A DNA stretch of 63,883 nucleotides, counting the filler, from Phoronis australis (taxonomy: Eukaryota > Animalia > Phoronida): NCBI GenBank assembly GCA_002633005.1. It is 6 parts of 6 records of this genome, joined end to end, with 100 filler letters (N's around TTAATTAATTAA, not from the genome) between each part and the next. Parts side by side here need not be neighbours in the genome. Positions count along the whole stretch, not along the records: positions 1 to 29,781 come from NMRA01001292.1; 5 more parts are not named here. One strand, given 5' to 3'. Every line of letters starts with the position of its first letter. Position 1 is the first letter of the stretch. The translations under genes and the position numbers were made by a program. This document shows positions 12,651-25,527 of this stretch, piece after piece. The notes under the pieces are model-generated. The model was not told where the DNA came from. It saw only the letters and a list, made by a program, of their open reading frames with translations, and made no database searches.

Positions 12651-15627
12651 TACTCATTTTTCAGCTTGGTGGCTATGGTGCAGGGCTATCTCAGATTTTG
12701 ACTCCCGAGTTGGCTACGTCTGCCCGCCTTTGTCTCGGCAAATGCTGGATCTCAGCACTCTAGCGGTAGTCCCCGGAAAATGCTGTTTTCAAGGACATTT
12801 TTATTTTATGTTTTTTATTTATTTCAACCTAATGGACATTATTTTGTTTCGTATCAGAAGTACAGTTTTTTATTCATAAACCGTAAGCTGGCGTTCAACT
12901 GACTCACTTCTCTCCCGGTCAAAATTCAGAGATTCGATCGGCACAGGGAAGGGCACTGGATTACTGCCGGAACTCAAAGCCTTGGTCGAGCTGTTGTCAC
13001 TAAAAATAAACTGTTGAATTACTTTTTGACGTGTACCTCTAGTATACACCATGTCTGTAGATTTAGATAGAGCTCATTTTGGAGTGGTTCAAACATGATA
13101 TTTAGATTTATGAATTTATCATTTCAGACGGTACCTTCTCTCGGTGGAGTAGTTCGGGGTAAATTTTCTCTTTGTCCCTCTACAGTATATACATGTATAT
13201 CTCCGAGGTCAGGACAAGTATACACAGGGACTATATGTGCGCGTGCACGACAGGTGCACACAAGCACTATGTCTGCGCGTGCACGACAGGTGTGCAAAAC
13301 CAATTACGGTTGATAAAATTTATTACAAATGACTTTTTAAAATAGATTAATTTCGACTATTTCTAAGAATGGTATGACATGTTATAAGATCTAAATTTTT
13401 TCATCAGCCCTAGTAATTTTTGCGAATTCTTGTCACTGACCAAAAACGATCCTAATCAGACTGATATATGTGAGCGATGATCAGTCACATCAGAATTCAT
13501 ATCAACCAAAATGGAGGTGCAAGATTTTTACACAAGCATTATTTATTTTAAGTTTAGAAAATATGATTAAGACAGTGAAGAAGACGAACGTACAAGTTCA
13601 TTAAAATTGACGGTAAATATAAGGGGCAAGACCTAACCTTTGAACTAGCAAGGAACAATGTATAATGCATACAGAAGTATGCAACAGTCATAGCAAGGAC
13701 TTCTGTGTACTTCCTGAGGGGCGCACCTGCAGCTAGGATGGAGGGAGATTTGTCTCGAGCAGAACCTCTCCGGAGGGGAGGAGGGGGAAGGGAGAGGCGA
13801 CACAACAATTCGTGATGATCTACATTAAACACGTTAGCATCAGAAATATTACATAGATTCATTCAAGTAAGTCAGGCAAACGATTTTAATTAATAATGCT
13901 CTGCATGGGGCCACCTGCCGCCCCGAAGTGTTGTACCAGATTCCAGTTCAATCTAGTACTGCAGCCATTCTGTTACTGCTTATGAATTTCTGTTATTAGA
14001 CACCAGTGCCATAAAGTCGTGAACATAAGCATAATAAGCAGCTGATGGTCCGTTAGCAACTGCTCATGTGATGTCATGGACATATATCAGCCTTCACAAA
14101 TATACGTGTTTTACCAATCTTAATCCTTGTTTGTCTCCGTAAGCAGAGTTTTGAAATGGTCGCTGATGTCGCCGGTCATTTTGAATGAGGCCCTAAAGTC
14201 GTGACCGTTTCGTTTAGACGGAAATGCACAAAGTAAGACCACACAAATCAACTACAGTTACTCTAGATGACACAAAAATGCATTGCATCATTTATTAATT
14301 CATTTTCAATTAAAATAAATTGTTATTTGTGTGCACCCAACTTTGATGTGCAGAGAAGTTTTCAACGAGGTTGTTCACATAAAACGATAAGAACCCAGCA
14401 TCAATTATCTCTCTGTATTTTATTGCTTTGGCCTTAAAACACTTGATCGACCCTGGGGCATTTTGAAACATTGTTCAAGCTACCCCTGGAGCGCGTGTTT
14501 GAGTAAACCTGAACAATGAATATTTTCGAAAATATATCCTAACAATGCACAAAAAAGTAGATTAGTGAGATATGCTGTTTTTAAGATACATTTGAAGAAA
14601 GAAGCCACTCGCTCACTGTTTATTATCATATTGTAAATACCGACACGTCCGGGTATTCGTGTGACGTTCGTAAGCAGACGAACACTGGAAATTTCAACGC
14701 CAGATATCGCAGGACCGCACAGAAGAGGTAATAATATTGTTCACGACTTTAGGGCACTCACGACTTTAGGACCTGTGACGGTACATCGCGTTTCGTCTCT
14801 TATAGTTACTAAGCGTAAATTGAAACATTAGAACGTTCTAGAAACCATGTGTAGTTAGTTGTTGTAATAAGAAGGGGGTTACATATGTCAAAGATTATAG
14901 ACAACAGATGTACTATAGTATATGCATATATCAACCTTGACAAATATCAGTGGCGTTGGCGCATTGAATTCTGGAATTAAATGCTGAATGAAGTCAATAT
15001 GAACATATGTCTTAACACGCTACGCAATATTGCCACAAGTCAAACATTAATAATTCTGCTAAAACTAATGACTGCCTAAAGGTATTCCAATAAACAATAT
15101 ACATTACTTGACTGGCCTTGGTGCATTACAACTTCAAAGTTTAAGACATATCATATCCAAATGGAAAAACCTATTCGATAAAGAGTTCGTCTGACCCACT
15201 TGTCAGACAAAGTAAAGGCTCTATTTCATATTTNTTTCAACTAAGAAATTTGAAACAGTCCCAAAGGCACTATACAAGGGACTTCGGGGCCTCACCTTTT
15301 CAAAAAAAAACTCTTTCAAAGAATGGCCATAATAAAATAAAGTTTTTCCGAAACTGGATCACAACAAAATGAATCTTGACCTTAGAACGAGCGCAGACGC
15401 CCGGTACGAGCTAAGCTGCCTGTCTCAAGTGAATCATAGTTGTGCTGGCCAGCACCTAGCTTTAGTTCATCGAAAATTTCGTATTTTCACACTTGTAGAT
15501 CTCAGCTATAGCTACTTGAGGCAGCTCCTCGCTACCGGTCAGTGTACTTGGCCATTCATACTTTTCGTGTTGGTTCAGGGTTACACAACTCAGTCTTAAT
15601 GGCTGGATCCCCGGGATTGCCGTCCCA

Positions 15628-15944
15628 CAGGCGGATCCAGGATTTTGAGTTGGGAGGGGCGGCAGGGCAGAGTATTAGCAAGGGTTTTACCAGTCAGAAA
15701 TGGGCATCTCCAAACTGACAAATGGAATCTGGGAGAATTTTCGGAAGGTCATGGCCTCTTGGCCCCTTAAATCTGCCAATGTGCCTCCCCACGTGGGAGA
15801 TTCGGTACAGATATGGTTGTATCGGAAGGACGGGGGCGAAAGTGGGGGGAGGTAGCGTAGGTGGTGGCGATGGGGTAGTTGTTTGGCGACGTCGAAATGG
15901 TTTGTGCCCCCCCCCCAATAATTTTTGCTTTCCTACGGGCCTGT
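15628..15944. mobile_element. GC-rich hAT-type MITE; related copies at ~38540-38700 (in a protease intron) and probably ~50560-50815
   Basis: Starts CAGGCGGATCCAGGATTTTGAGTT; shares GGGCAGAGTATTAGC and ATGGAATCTGGGAGAATTTT with 38540-38660. Confidence 0.6.
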
Positions 15945-17264
15945 AATCATTTTTATTTCAAAATGTAATGCTCAGTGTACCAAAGAGACCAATAGCTCTT
16001 CCGACCTACAGACACTTCAGAAAATCAAATGGATGCCAAACCTGGTTTTGACTTATTAACAGATAAACAAAATTTAATCTCCAGTGTTCTCGAACAAAAT
16101 AAGGGCCTGTAACTCTCGACCACTCTGAAAAGTTCGGAAAATTGAAAGTATTTTGAAAGTTTGCTAATTTGCCAAGTGTGGCCTACGCTTTAGAGAATTA
16201 CAGGGCAACTGTGGGAAAAGACTACTCACCAAGGACCAAAATGTGAGATAGGGGTATGAGTTTTTAGTTAATTCCAGCTATTTCATGATTGACGCCAATA
16301 ATGCATTAGCAAATGGCATGACCAGGATTGCTTGAAATCACCAAAACACGGCTTATTATCCTTTTTAGTGAAATCAAATTTTCACAAACAAAGGACACAT
16401 TTTTCGGGTTAACACTCTCTAGAATAAAGGTCCTTTGGTCTTGAGACCACAAAGCTATACAAATGAAAGTAGGAAGAAAAACACAACTTAATTCAGAAGC
16501 CCAAAAGGTCATTGCTCCTTAAACGTTTTTCGGACTAACTCCCCGTTGGTTTATCGACCTGCAGGAATGCTAAAAGGGGACACACCTAACAGATTTGAAC
16601 TACAAAAAATCACAAAAGTATTATTGTTATTATAATTGTTAATGTTATATTATTGTTTGTGTAAGTATATTTTGGTAAGACTGTAGGATCATACATGTAC
16701 CTCACAGGAATGACTCTCACTTTCAACTTAGAATGATTTGAGCATCTACTTGTCTTATAAGACGTGTAAAATTGTTCTATGGTGTTACTTTGTCACGTTT
16801 TACTCACTTTTTAATTAATCGACTTTGAAGTTATAGTTTTGCCAACTTGTATTACGAGTAGGTTAACCGTTCAGTGACGTTATGGGATGCCTGACACCTA
16901 CCGGCGATTGTGTCTATCCATTTACAGGTAAGAAAACGCTGCGTAACAACGTCAAGCACGGTTGGAAAGTGCAGACAAAAATCTCGTCGCTTCGCGCAAC
17001 GCTGCTTCAATAATTTAAAATCATGTCATTCAAAGTGTATCGTGAATCGGGGGAGGCCGGTGTTATTCGTCACGTTTTACTCATGTATGTCAAGTTATCA
17101 AATCGTGTTGGTGCAGTCAGACCCTTGATGTGTGGTGCCTGAAAGTAAACTGCATTTTGTTTGTGATTCTGTGTAGTATACTTGTAAATCTTGTTCATGT
17201 TGTTTTGTTATACACCATTTCAAGTGAAGCAACCCAATTGGGAAGTAGTGAGTAGCCCTTAAAT

Positions 17265-17530
17265 GGGCGGTTGGGTTTTACGCACCAAGGAGTGAGGTAA
17301 CACAGTGCTATATGGTCGACTATCCTAAAAATGTGTGGAGACCGCTGCCGCCAGCGAAACATTGCAGCCACACGAATCCGTCAACATGTGTGATCAATAT
17401 GCCACAACACACGCTTTTGAACCTCGTCTTCGCGTTTTTACCTGTAGCACTTGACATGGTTGATTTGTGCACCAGCCTGTGGATGGACGAAGTTAGTGGT
17501 ATGGTTGACAGTTTGCTCATATTTTGGAAC
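17265..17530 (-). pseudogene. Merlin (IS1016/ISXO2-like) transposase C-terminal remnant
   Basis: Unlisted minus frame reads TVNHTTNFVHPQAGAQINHVKCY, then after a frameshift KNAKTRFKSVC...VDGFVWLQ; the Merlin signature is 'TVNH..NFVDP.TG.HTN.VE..W...K...'. Confidence 0.75.
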
Positions 17531-18013
17531 TGCTCAATTTTTGAGTTGGGTATCAAATACAGACTATATGCTAGAGGCTCTATTGTAAGCCTGAATTTTC
17601 ATCAATGTTAATGTTACATTATACACGTAAGTCCCTTGTGTTGCTGTCAGGTTAGAATGATTCTGTCTCGGTAATAAATTTTACCTACTTGTAAATCAAA
17701 GTTGTTTAAAGCGTAAATGTATGAAAAATTGACTTAAAGTTGTCATGCGTGCACCCAGGGGGNTAGTGGTATGGTTGACAGTTTGCTCATATTTTGGAAC
17801 TGCTCAATTTTTGAGTTGGGTATCAAATACAGACTATATACTAGAGGCTCTATTGTAAGCCTGAATTTTCATCAATGTTAATGTTACATTATACATGTAA
17901 GTCTCTTGTGTTGCTGTCAGGTTAGAATGATTCTGTCTCGGTAATAAATTTTACCTACTTGTAAATCAAAGTTGTTTAAAGCGTAAATGTATGAAAAATT
18001 GACTTAAAGTTGT

Positions 18014-18252
18014 CATGCGTGCACCCAGGGGGGGGGGGNNNNNNNGGGGGGGGGGGGGGGTGCGGAGGGCCCAAACGAAGTGGGCAAAAACTCCGGAAAA
18101 ATAGAAAACGACACAAAAGTTCACTAAGAAGGCAGGAACCACCAGAATTCGGCGAATGCACATATTATACATCTGGACGTAACCCCTTAATCTTAGTAAA
18201 AGTTCAACATTCTCAAAAATTCGAGCCCCCCTTTAGGCTGGGTGCGTTCATG
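18014..18252. mobile_element. MITE with CATGCGTGCACCCAG / CTGGGTGCGTTCATG termini; same family as 46158-46444 and ~650-755
   Basis: Terminal inverted repeats visible; the internal block CATTCTCAAAAATTCGAGCCCCC...TTTAGGCT is shared by all three copies. Confidence 0.7.
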
Positions 18253-18764
18253 AAGTACATTCTTAAATGTTGTGATTGCTCCTAGTAAAATGAGTCACAG
18301 TGTAGTGTTTAAACCCTTCTTCGTCATCTGTACATTTAGAATGAGTGGTTTAGACGAATCCTCTATACAAACTTTAAGGTATTGTTCCATTACTTAATCT
18401 CTCATGCAGTGACATTTCAAATTTTATTCAACTCAAACTTCGCAATGTTATCCTAACCAGACAAATGCATCACTGTGTTTCGTTTAAAATAATTAAACTT
18501 GCCTTGCTTAAAGCACGTTCAATCTGTATTCAGGGCTTCATCCTAGATTTCGAAAATAGGGTGTCCAAAATGGGGTTCCCAGTATTTCAAGGTTTTTGTG
18601 ATTCCAACGACACATTACCTCCATCCCTGCTCACCAGCAACCCCCACACAAGTGTTTTTTACAAACAAAGGTTCGTAGACCAAGGCGTTTACATCTGAGT
18701 TTACGAAAACAATCCCCCTTTAGTGAGCTTTTTTACAAAACATGCGTGTACCAAGAGCCTTAGC

Positions 18765-19790
18765 TTCTCCGAAGCACTTCACTTCACTATGTCTTTCTTG
18801 ATTTGTACCGTCTTGCCGTACGCACTGTTACCTATAAGCTTTATCGTCTGCTCTACAATAGCTTTGCTTTGTCTTTGTCCCCTTTCCGCCTAGCGTCGCT
18901 GACTGCCTCACCACGTTTGTTGTCTCCAGGCCGTGTTCCAAGAACCATTTCAGAAGCGGGTTTGCCAGCAGAATTTTCTCGCCGAAGAAACTTCCCACCA
19001 GAGATCGTCATGGTCGGCTCATGATTTGGTTTTTCTCGGCATACAGTCTCCTATGTCGTCTCTGCTGATGTCTACATTCTTGAATATAGGTTGCATTTCT
19101 GAAAAGTGCTTTCTCATTTGCCTCGGGACTTCAATGTCACAATCCACCAACCCGCCTTCGAGTACAGTCTACAACGAATGTCTTTATTTGTTCGCTCGTC
19201 AAGCTGTAGAAACGTTCCGAGGCTAAATCTCGTCTTCTGAGAAAAGAACGTAGGGTATCGTTTTGCCATTTCAAATCCTCAAAATCGCACTCCCAAATCT
19301 CTTAGTAATTGAAGTCTTGACCGATGATATAGTCTCAAATTTTTCTGTTGTTTTTCATCTGCTCACTCATGGTGACGTTTCGGGTTTCGCTCCTCGCCCT
19401 CGGAGTTACGTCGTCTTTTCTCGTGAGACGACAGTCATGGCCGTGCCAGTAACATCCTTGGAATTAGAACACTTTGTGCGACTGACGACAGAAACCGTAC
19501 ACCGGAATACGACGCTAACCTACCCTTCTTCGTCCCCGTTCAACTGGTGACGAATACTGATTCCGCGTATCGACATATCGACATGTATTAATAAAGATCA
19601 ACAAACGGTGTCACAGCATACCCCAGTCGTTAATTAAGTAGGCCTCTTACTATACAGCAGCCCCATCACGAACGCCATTTAGCGCCAAAAAGTTGTGATG
19701 GCACGCACTTCTATCGAAACCAATGACATCATTGACACAACGAATTCGTTCACCGTTTCTCAAATCGAACATGTAACAGAAAACGTCTCA
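18765..19790 (-). pseudogene. Decayed protein-primed family-B DNA polymerase of a Polinton/Maverick (adintovirus-like) element
   Basis: Across frameshifts: IRHQLNG...IPVYGFC..SHKVF*FQGCYWHGHDC...EIWECDF...VDCDIEVPRQMRKHFSEMQPIFKNVDISRDDIGD...SLVGSFFGEKILLANPLLKWFLEHGL...AVSDARRKGD...KLIGNSAYGKTV (PolB motif B KxxxNSxYGK at ~18805-18841). Confidence 0.85.
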
Positions 19791-22700
19791 GTNCGAAGAA
19801 ACTTCCCACCAGAGATCGTCATGGTCGGCTCATGATTTGGTTTTTCTCGGCATACAGTCTCCTATGTCGTCTCTGCTGATGTCTACATTCTTGAATATAG
19901 GTTGCATTTCTGAAAAGTGCTTTCTCATTTGCCTCGGGACTTCAATGTCACAATCCACCAACCCGCCTTCGAGTACAGTCTACAACGAATGTCTTTATTT
20001 GTTCGCTCGTCAAGCTGTAGAAACGTTCCGAGGCTAAATCTCGTCTTCTGAGAAAAGAACGTAGGGTATCGTTTTGCCATTTCAAATCCTCAAAATCGCA
20101 CTCCCAAATCTCTTAGTAATTGAAGTCTTGACCGATGATATAGTCTCAAATTTTTCTGTTGTTTTTCATCTGCTCACTCATGGTGACGTTTCGGGTTTCG
20201 CTCCTCGCCCTCGGAGTTACGTCGTCTTTTCTCGTGAGACGACAGTCATGGCCGTGCCAGTAACATCCTTGGAATTAGAACACTTTGTGCGACTGACGAC
20301 AGAAACCGTACACCGGAATACGACGCTAACCTACCCTTCTTCGTCCCCGTTCAACTGGTGACGAATACTGATTCCGCGTATCGACATATCGACATGTATT
20401 AATAAAGATCAACAAACGGTGTCACAGCATACCCCAGTCGTTAATTAAGTAGGCCTCTTACTATACAGCAGCCCCATCACGAACGCCATTTAGCGCCAAA
20501 AAGTTGTGATGGCACGCACTTCTATCGAAACCAATGACATCATTGACACAACGAATTCGTTCACCGTTTCTCAAATCGAACATGTAACAGAAAACGTCTC
20601 AGTGCAAACTGCATACCTTGTAGCCAGCCGTCCAAAAGGGTGAAATTTTCGACAAAATACTCTCTAAATGTGCTTTTTTGAATTCGTAAAACAAAATTTT
20701 AGAAAGATAAAAAAGGCAAATTTCAGAGCCCACCCGTCCAAAAATTCTCGAGTCCCCCTCCTGGTCCAGGTGTCAGATGTATTTCTTATTAACTCCAACA
20801 AATTAAGACTACGAAAAGAACGTACACCATTTTTGACATACACTTATATTATCTGACGTGACTGAGTAATCGACAGAGCAAAACTTTTCCAAAGTTGTTT
20901 TGCATGGGCGGTGCAACACTGAAATAAGTGAAGGCTACAACCCCCCCCCCCTCCCCCACAGTGCGCCGCCCATGTGTTGTCGTTTACGCTTGTAATTAAG
21001 CATGTTAGAAACTGATTGCTTTGGTTTCCCGGCTCTGCAACGAATAAGGAGACAAACGATAAGTTTGACATACGTTGATTGTATATCTGGATTGGCAGAG
21101 CCCCTGAAACAATGACAGTTCTGTTAACCAACAAGTACGGTAAGGGTATTTGATTGGGTTACAAAAGTAGGCAACCGTGCAACAGTTTACTCAACATAAC
21201 CTTCACTGTATGGTAGTGTAACAGGAGTGCCCTGGACATGATTATGTACGTAAGATATATGCGACCTCTAGTGGTCAAGCTGTGTATTACGTATGGAATT
21301 TTCCTATGATTTTTGAGTCCTTTGGATATGGCCAAATATGGTCAGAACCTAGGAGTTATGGGCCTTGCCCTTCAGATCGTGTCTGATTGGTTGAAATTGT
21401 GTACTTAAGCTTTGTCTCTGTCAGACACGAGGAGTCCAGTCGCAGAGTTCAAGAAGCAAACATTTACACCTTCACTCACACCAAATTGCAACTGTTTGTG
21501 CAGCTTTTGGGCTCCTCCCGAACTTGGTTGCCAATAGTTTAGCCCCAGCAATTCTCGGGCTCCTCCCAAGCTTGATTGCATCTCACCTTTCGGATCTGAA
21601 TAACCAAATTGCCCCGTTCTTGCACACACAACTATTAATCAGCGACTGGCTTGTCCGTGTATCAGAACTGTATAAATCACAACGCTGCGATACTAAATCA
21701 TGGAACAATTGGATTGCTTGTAAGTGTGAAATATTGTAGTTATATATTCTTACAATAAACCTATGTAATATTCACCAACTTTTAGTTTTCAATATCTCCC
21801 TCAGTCCACACCGGGCTTCAACTTCTAATTTGAATTTTTATGAAGAAAAATATGCGTGAAAACAGAAAAAACGATGTTAACAAGCCGAAAAATGTCCCTC
21901 GTATGTTTTTTTATGCAAATTAGTGCCGTCATTACCGATTTTGCGTTATTTCGTAATATGTCGCCGACTATTTCATATAATTGAAAGAACTAAATGTTTG
22001 GACTAATGTTTGGTGGGTCAAACATTACATTAGAACAAAAAGTAAGTAATACAAGCTATCATGAACATGGCAAAGGTATAAAACACTCAACACATGGAGC
22101 AGAAGCACTGTGTGGGGCATGAAAATCTTCTGTTTTTATTCAAATTCAGGACTTTGAGGTTGACTCATCCATGAAAATAAGCTGTGACATTGCAGTCCAA
22201 AGCTATAGAATTAAAAAAAACAAATGGGCTTTTGACATGTACAGATGTCAATTAGTGCGAATCAAATGCTGGGGGGAGGGAAAATAGGAGTACATTCGAA
22301 ATTAAGGCAGCTATCGACGCAGATGTAAAAATCATCCCTATAAGAAAACCATGAGGTCGAAGCTTATCTACTGACATCAAACAACACTCTCTACGCATAT
22401 CCATTCTCCATTTAGACTCTATAAATGAACATGGCGATTTTACAATCTGAAGCAGCTTCATGAAATTCGGGACAAACGTCTCCAACAACCCTATGATTAT
22501 CCACATAGTACGCATCCCGTGTGTGATCAGATTTCTTCTCTTCTTCCAGTTGAATTGGAAGAAAATGGGTTATCACAGAAAAAGCTATTAGCATTTCTTC
22601 AATAAATACAATTTTAAAAACAAACTGTTTACTAAAAAGTATCTCAACATTTCATGTAGTATATTGTAATCGAGTATACAACAGAAAACAAATAATAATT

Positions 22701-22889
22701 ATGTGAAATTATGTGCATTCACGTTAACGTACTCTCTCCATAAGTTTAGTAGAACAAGGCAAGTGGTAGCTACTCGTGAAACTATTTCCATGGCAACAAT
22801 AGCACACTCAAAATCGGCTATATCAGACAATGTTCTTAATCCACTTTCTGTTTCAACCAGCAGACTAGAGCTAGATCTGATTCACGCGT

Positions 22890-23035
22890 AGGTATGTCTT
22901 ATGGAAAAGTCACTCAGAGACGTGATATGATTATGAAATGTGTAAAAACCGCAAATGCATCTATTGCCGCAGGCCGTGGGGGTTGTGGGTCGAAGGGGTC
23001 GTCGGGTCGAGAGGGTTTTAGAACACTCCGTTAAA
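22890..23035. repeat. Small dispersed repeat with GGGTCGA motifs; inverted copy at ~30-215
   Basis: GTGGGTCGAAGGGGTCG...GAGGGTTTTAGAACACTCC resembles the reverse complement of 31-100. Confidence 0.55.
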
Positions 23036-23841
23036 TCCCAGACACTGGTTGAGCCATTGAACATGCCAAAACTCATGAAGTACAGCCTGATACCCGTGCC
23101 CACTTGTCTTGGAACACCAGGTATTTTTTCCAACAAAGCCTCCATTTCGCATTATCTTCTGAACGACATTTCGCCAGAAGACTTTCATTATGTTCTGTTC
23201 ATCCAAGATCGTTTTGCACTTCTCCTCGCTTTAGTTAATCTCCCTCCAATATGTGGTAATTTTGCAGTTCAGAGAAAATAATTTAGGGTGGACAAGCTAC
23301 ACAAAAGCCGCATGACTTCAAACTCTTTCTTGCAAACGAGGACTACAAAAAGCAACTCTTTCAACTGTTACTGCAGGTCTGGAGTGATGAGAAGGCAGTT
23401 TCCAGGTTGGAGAAACCGAGATGGCCATCCTTATTGTAGACGGGGATCCATAATATTTTTTCTGAACAAATCTTTTTGAGTATTTCTTACTTAACTAATT
23501 TGCAATGTCATAATGTAATAATAAAAGTGATTTGATGTTCATACTCAGGAGATCCCACATATCTACAGTAACCAATAAGAGACTGACTTAAGAATTGTTT
23601 TGTACCTCCAGTACGCTGCCTCAATTGGGTACAGTAACGGTGTCGTCAGAATCCCTGTCACTGGTGTCTGTCATTGTGCTGCAGGCACGCTATAAAGTTG
23701 ACTATATCTAGATACAGGGTCTGGAAATCATCGGCGACTACTGGATCTCTCTGACATGGCAAAGTCATTGGGAAAAGACCTCTGTGAAGCTCTACTTGGA
23801 CTTTATGTATACACTGGAGAAGCTTGCACCAGCGCGTTTAA

Positions 23842-25527
23842 AGGAGCATGCCACCCAAAAAACAACCTAATTTGTATCAATTTAGATCGAGTAGTTCTAC
23901 TCCATAACGACAAGTGCGGTTGCGTTAGCTGACACCTGACGGCAGACGGAGGTGTTGAAATTATCCAATTACGTCATCGGTTTCACACGCATTCTGTTCA
24001 GCAGTTCACAACACGGGTTACTGCATGGTGTCAGCTTATCGCTTGGAATCATCGTTTAGCACCAGTAAATCATCAAACTTCGATGTAAAACCCTTAAAAA
24101 TACACCGAGTTCTTGCAAAAACGCGTTGTTTATTTCGCTCTTACTGATTTATTGATATTTGGACACACCGTAGCCTACAAAGTTCGGCAGGCCAATAAGG
24201 TCCGTAGCAGGAGTTTTGGGTGTGTTCGGATATAATTTCGAAGTATTTTCCGTGAGATACAGACAGGAGAACCTAGATCTGTGTTCTTTAGACTTGTGAT
24301 TTTCTGAGTTCTAAACACAAAACGCTTGCTATCATGGCCAGTGGCTCGGAGCCCGATCAGGACAGTCGCGGCCGGCCGGATTGACTCGTTATCCCGGCCA
24401 GTGGCTCGGAAACTGATCAGACGTCTCTAACAAACCGGCCAAAGTTCAGTGGAAACTAAACTTCCAGTCAAGAAAATACTATACTAGTGAGCCAAAGTAA
24501 TGTGCACGTGACTATGTTGCTGAATTCGCCACGAAACTGCAAATCTACTTACTCGTCGGGGGCCACGAATTCAGTTCCGCTTTGGCCACAGCACAGTCAG
24601 GGCAGAAGTTGTACATTGACAATCATTGTTTGAGTAATGTAAATGTAAATAAAGGTTTCCGTAACACCTGGTCGTGGGGTGGAAATCGAGTTGTTTCACA
24701 ACAGTTTCTGCCAGTAAACACTAAATTAGCATGAGCTCACACGATCTCGCGGTGTCCCGTCAATTAGTCACATTGTACCTAAAGCCGGTAACGCAGTGAT
24801 TTATTCATTGCTGGCTTCTCAAATCATTTCGTGTACTCACGAACAGTCCAAAGGCATTACAAATTGCATCTAATGAGACAGACTTTGTTTCAGTTTTATA
24901 TAAGTATTGGTTAGGGTGAGAATAATTCATTTTGAAACAGAACGCTCAGTAACAAACGCCAACATGGCAACTCGCAATCCCGACTTGGGACGAGCTAGAA
25001 TGGCTCATCAATCCAGACTTCGCAATTGGATCGTTACGTTTTACAGGCTATCAATTCGAACAGGAATACAGTGATGAAGAAATACTAGAGAGGCGCCGTG
25101 AACAAGCTCAGACAATGAAACGTATGGAGATATTTGGTAAGCCGGCATTCATGAGGCACTGTCGACGTCGTCTGCAGGCCACAGACACGAGATGTTTCAC
25201 GGCCTCATACTTGCTATTTACAGCGTACATTTCATTCTTCACTACCAGGAGCCACTTCCTAAGCATTTTGGACTCTCGAGGAAGTAAAAAACGATATACT
25301 CGCTTTCCTCGCGGCTGCTTAGTTCGGACAAGCGGGAACGATACACCGCAACATAGCGGCATTCACTCTGCATATGAAGCACTGAAGTCGCTAGCGGCGT
25401 TTCTCATCTTCCTCACACGTTAACGCGACACCTATTGGCAAGGTAAGGTCGACCGTATGCGAGGATATGTGGGCATAGACCGATTAAGACGACAAAAAAG
25501 ACTAATTAAATCGGGTGGCATTCGCCT
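23842..25527. mobile_element. Kolobok-like non-autonomous element nested in the Academ coding region, with TTAA TSD
   Basis: TTAA|AGGAGCATGCCACCC ... GGGTGGCATTCGCCT|TTAA. Removing it restores the flanking reading frame. Minus-strand THAP relic (RCIVPACPN...SFF-LPRESKMLRKWL...RVCG) converges on a plus-strand GYQFEQEYSDEE KolX-like N-terminus. Confidence 0.82.

Noticed and set aside
18933-20361. Duplicated plus-strand ORFs (97/66 aa and 95/95 aa)
   Set aside because: They are antisense shadows of the PolB relic, doubled by an assembly overlap.
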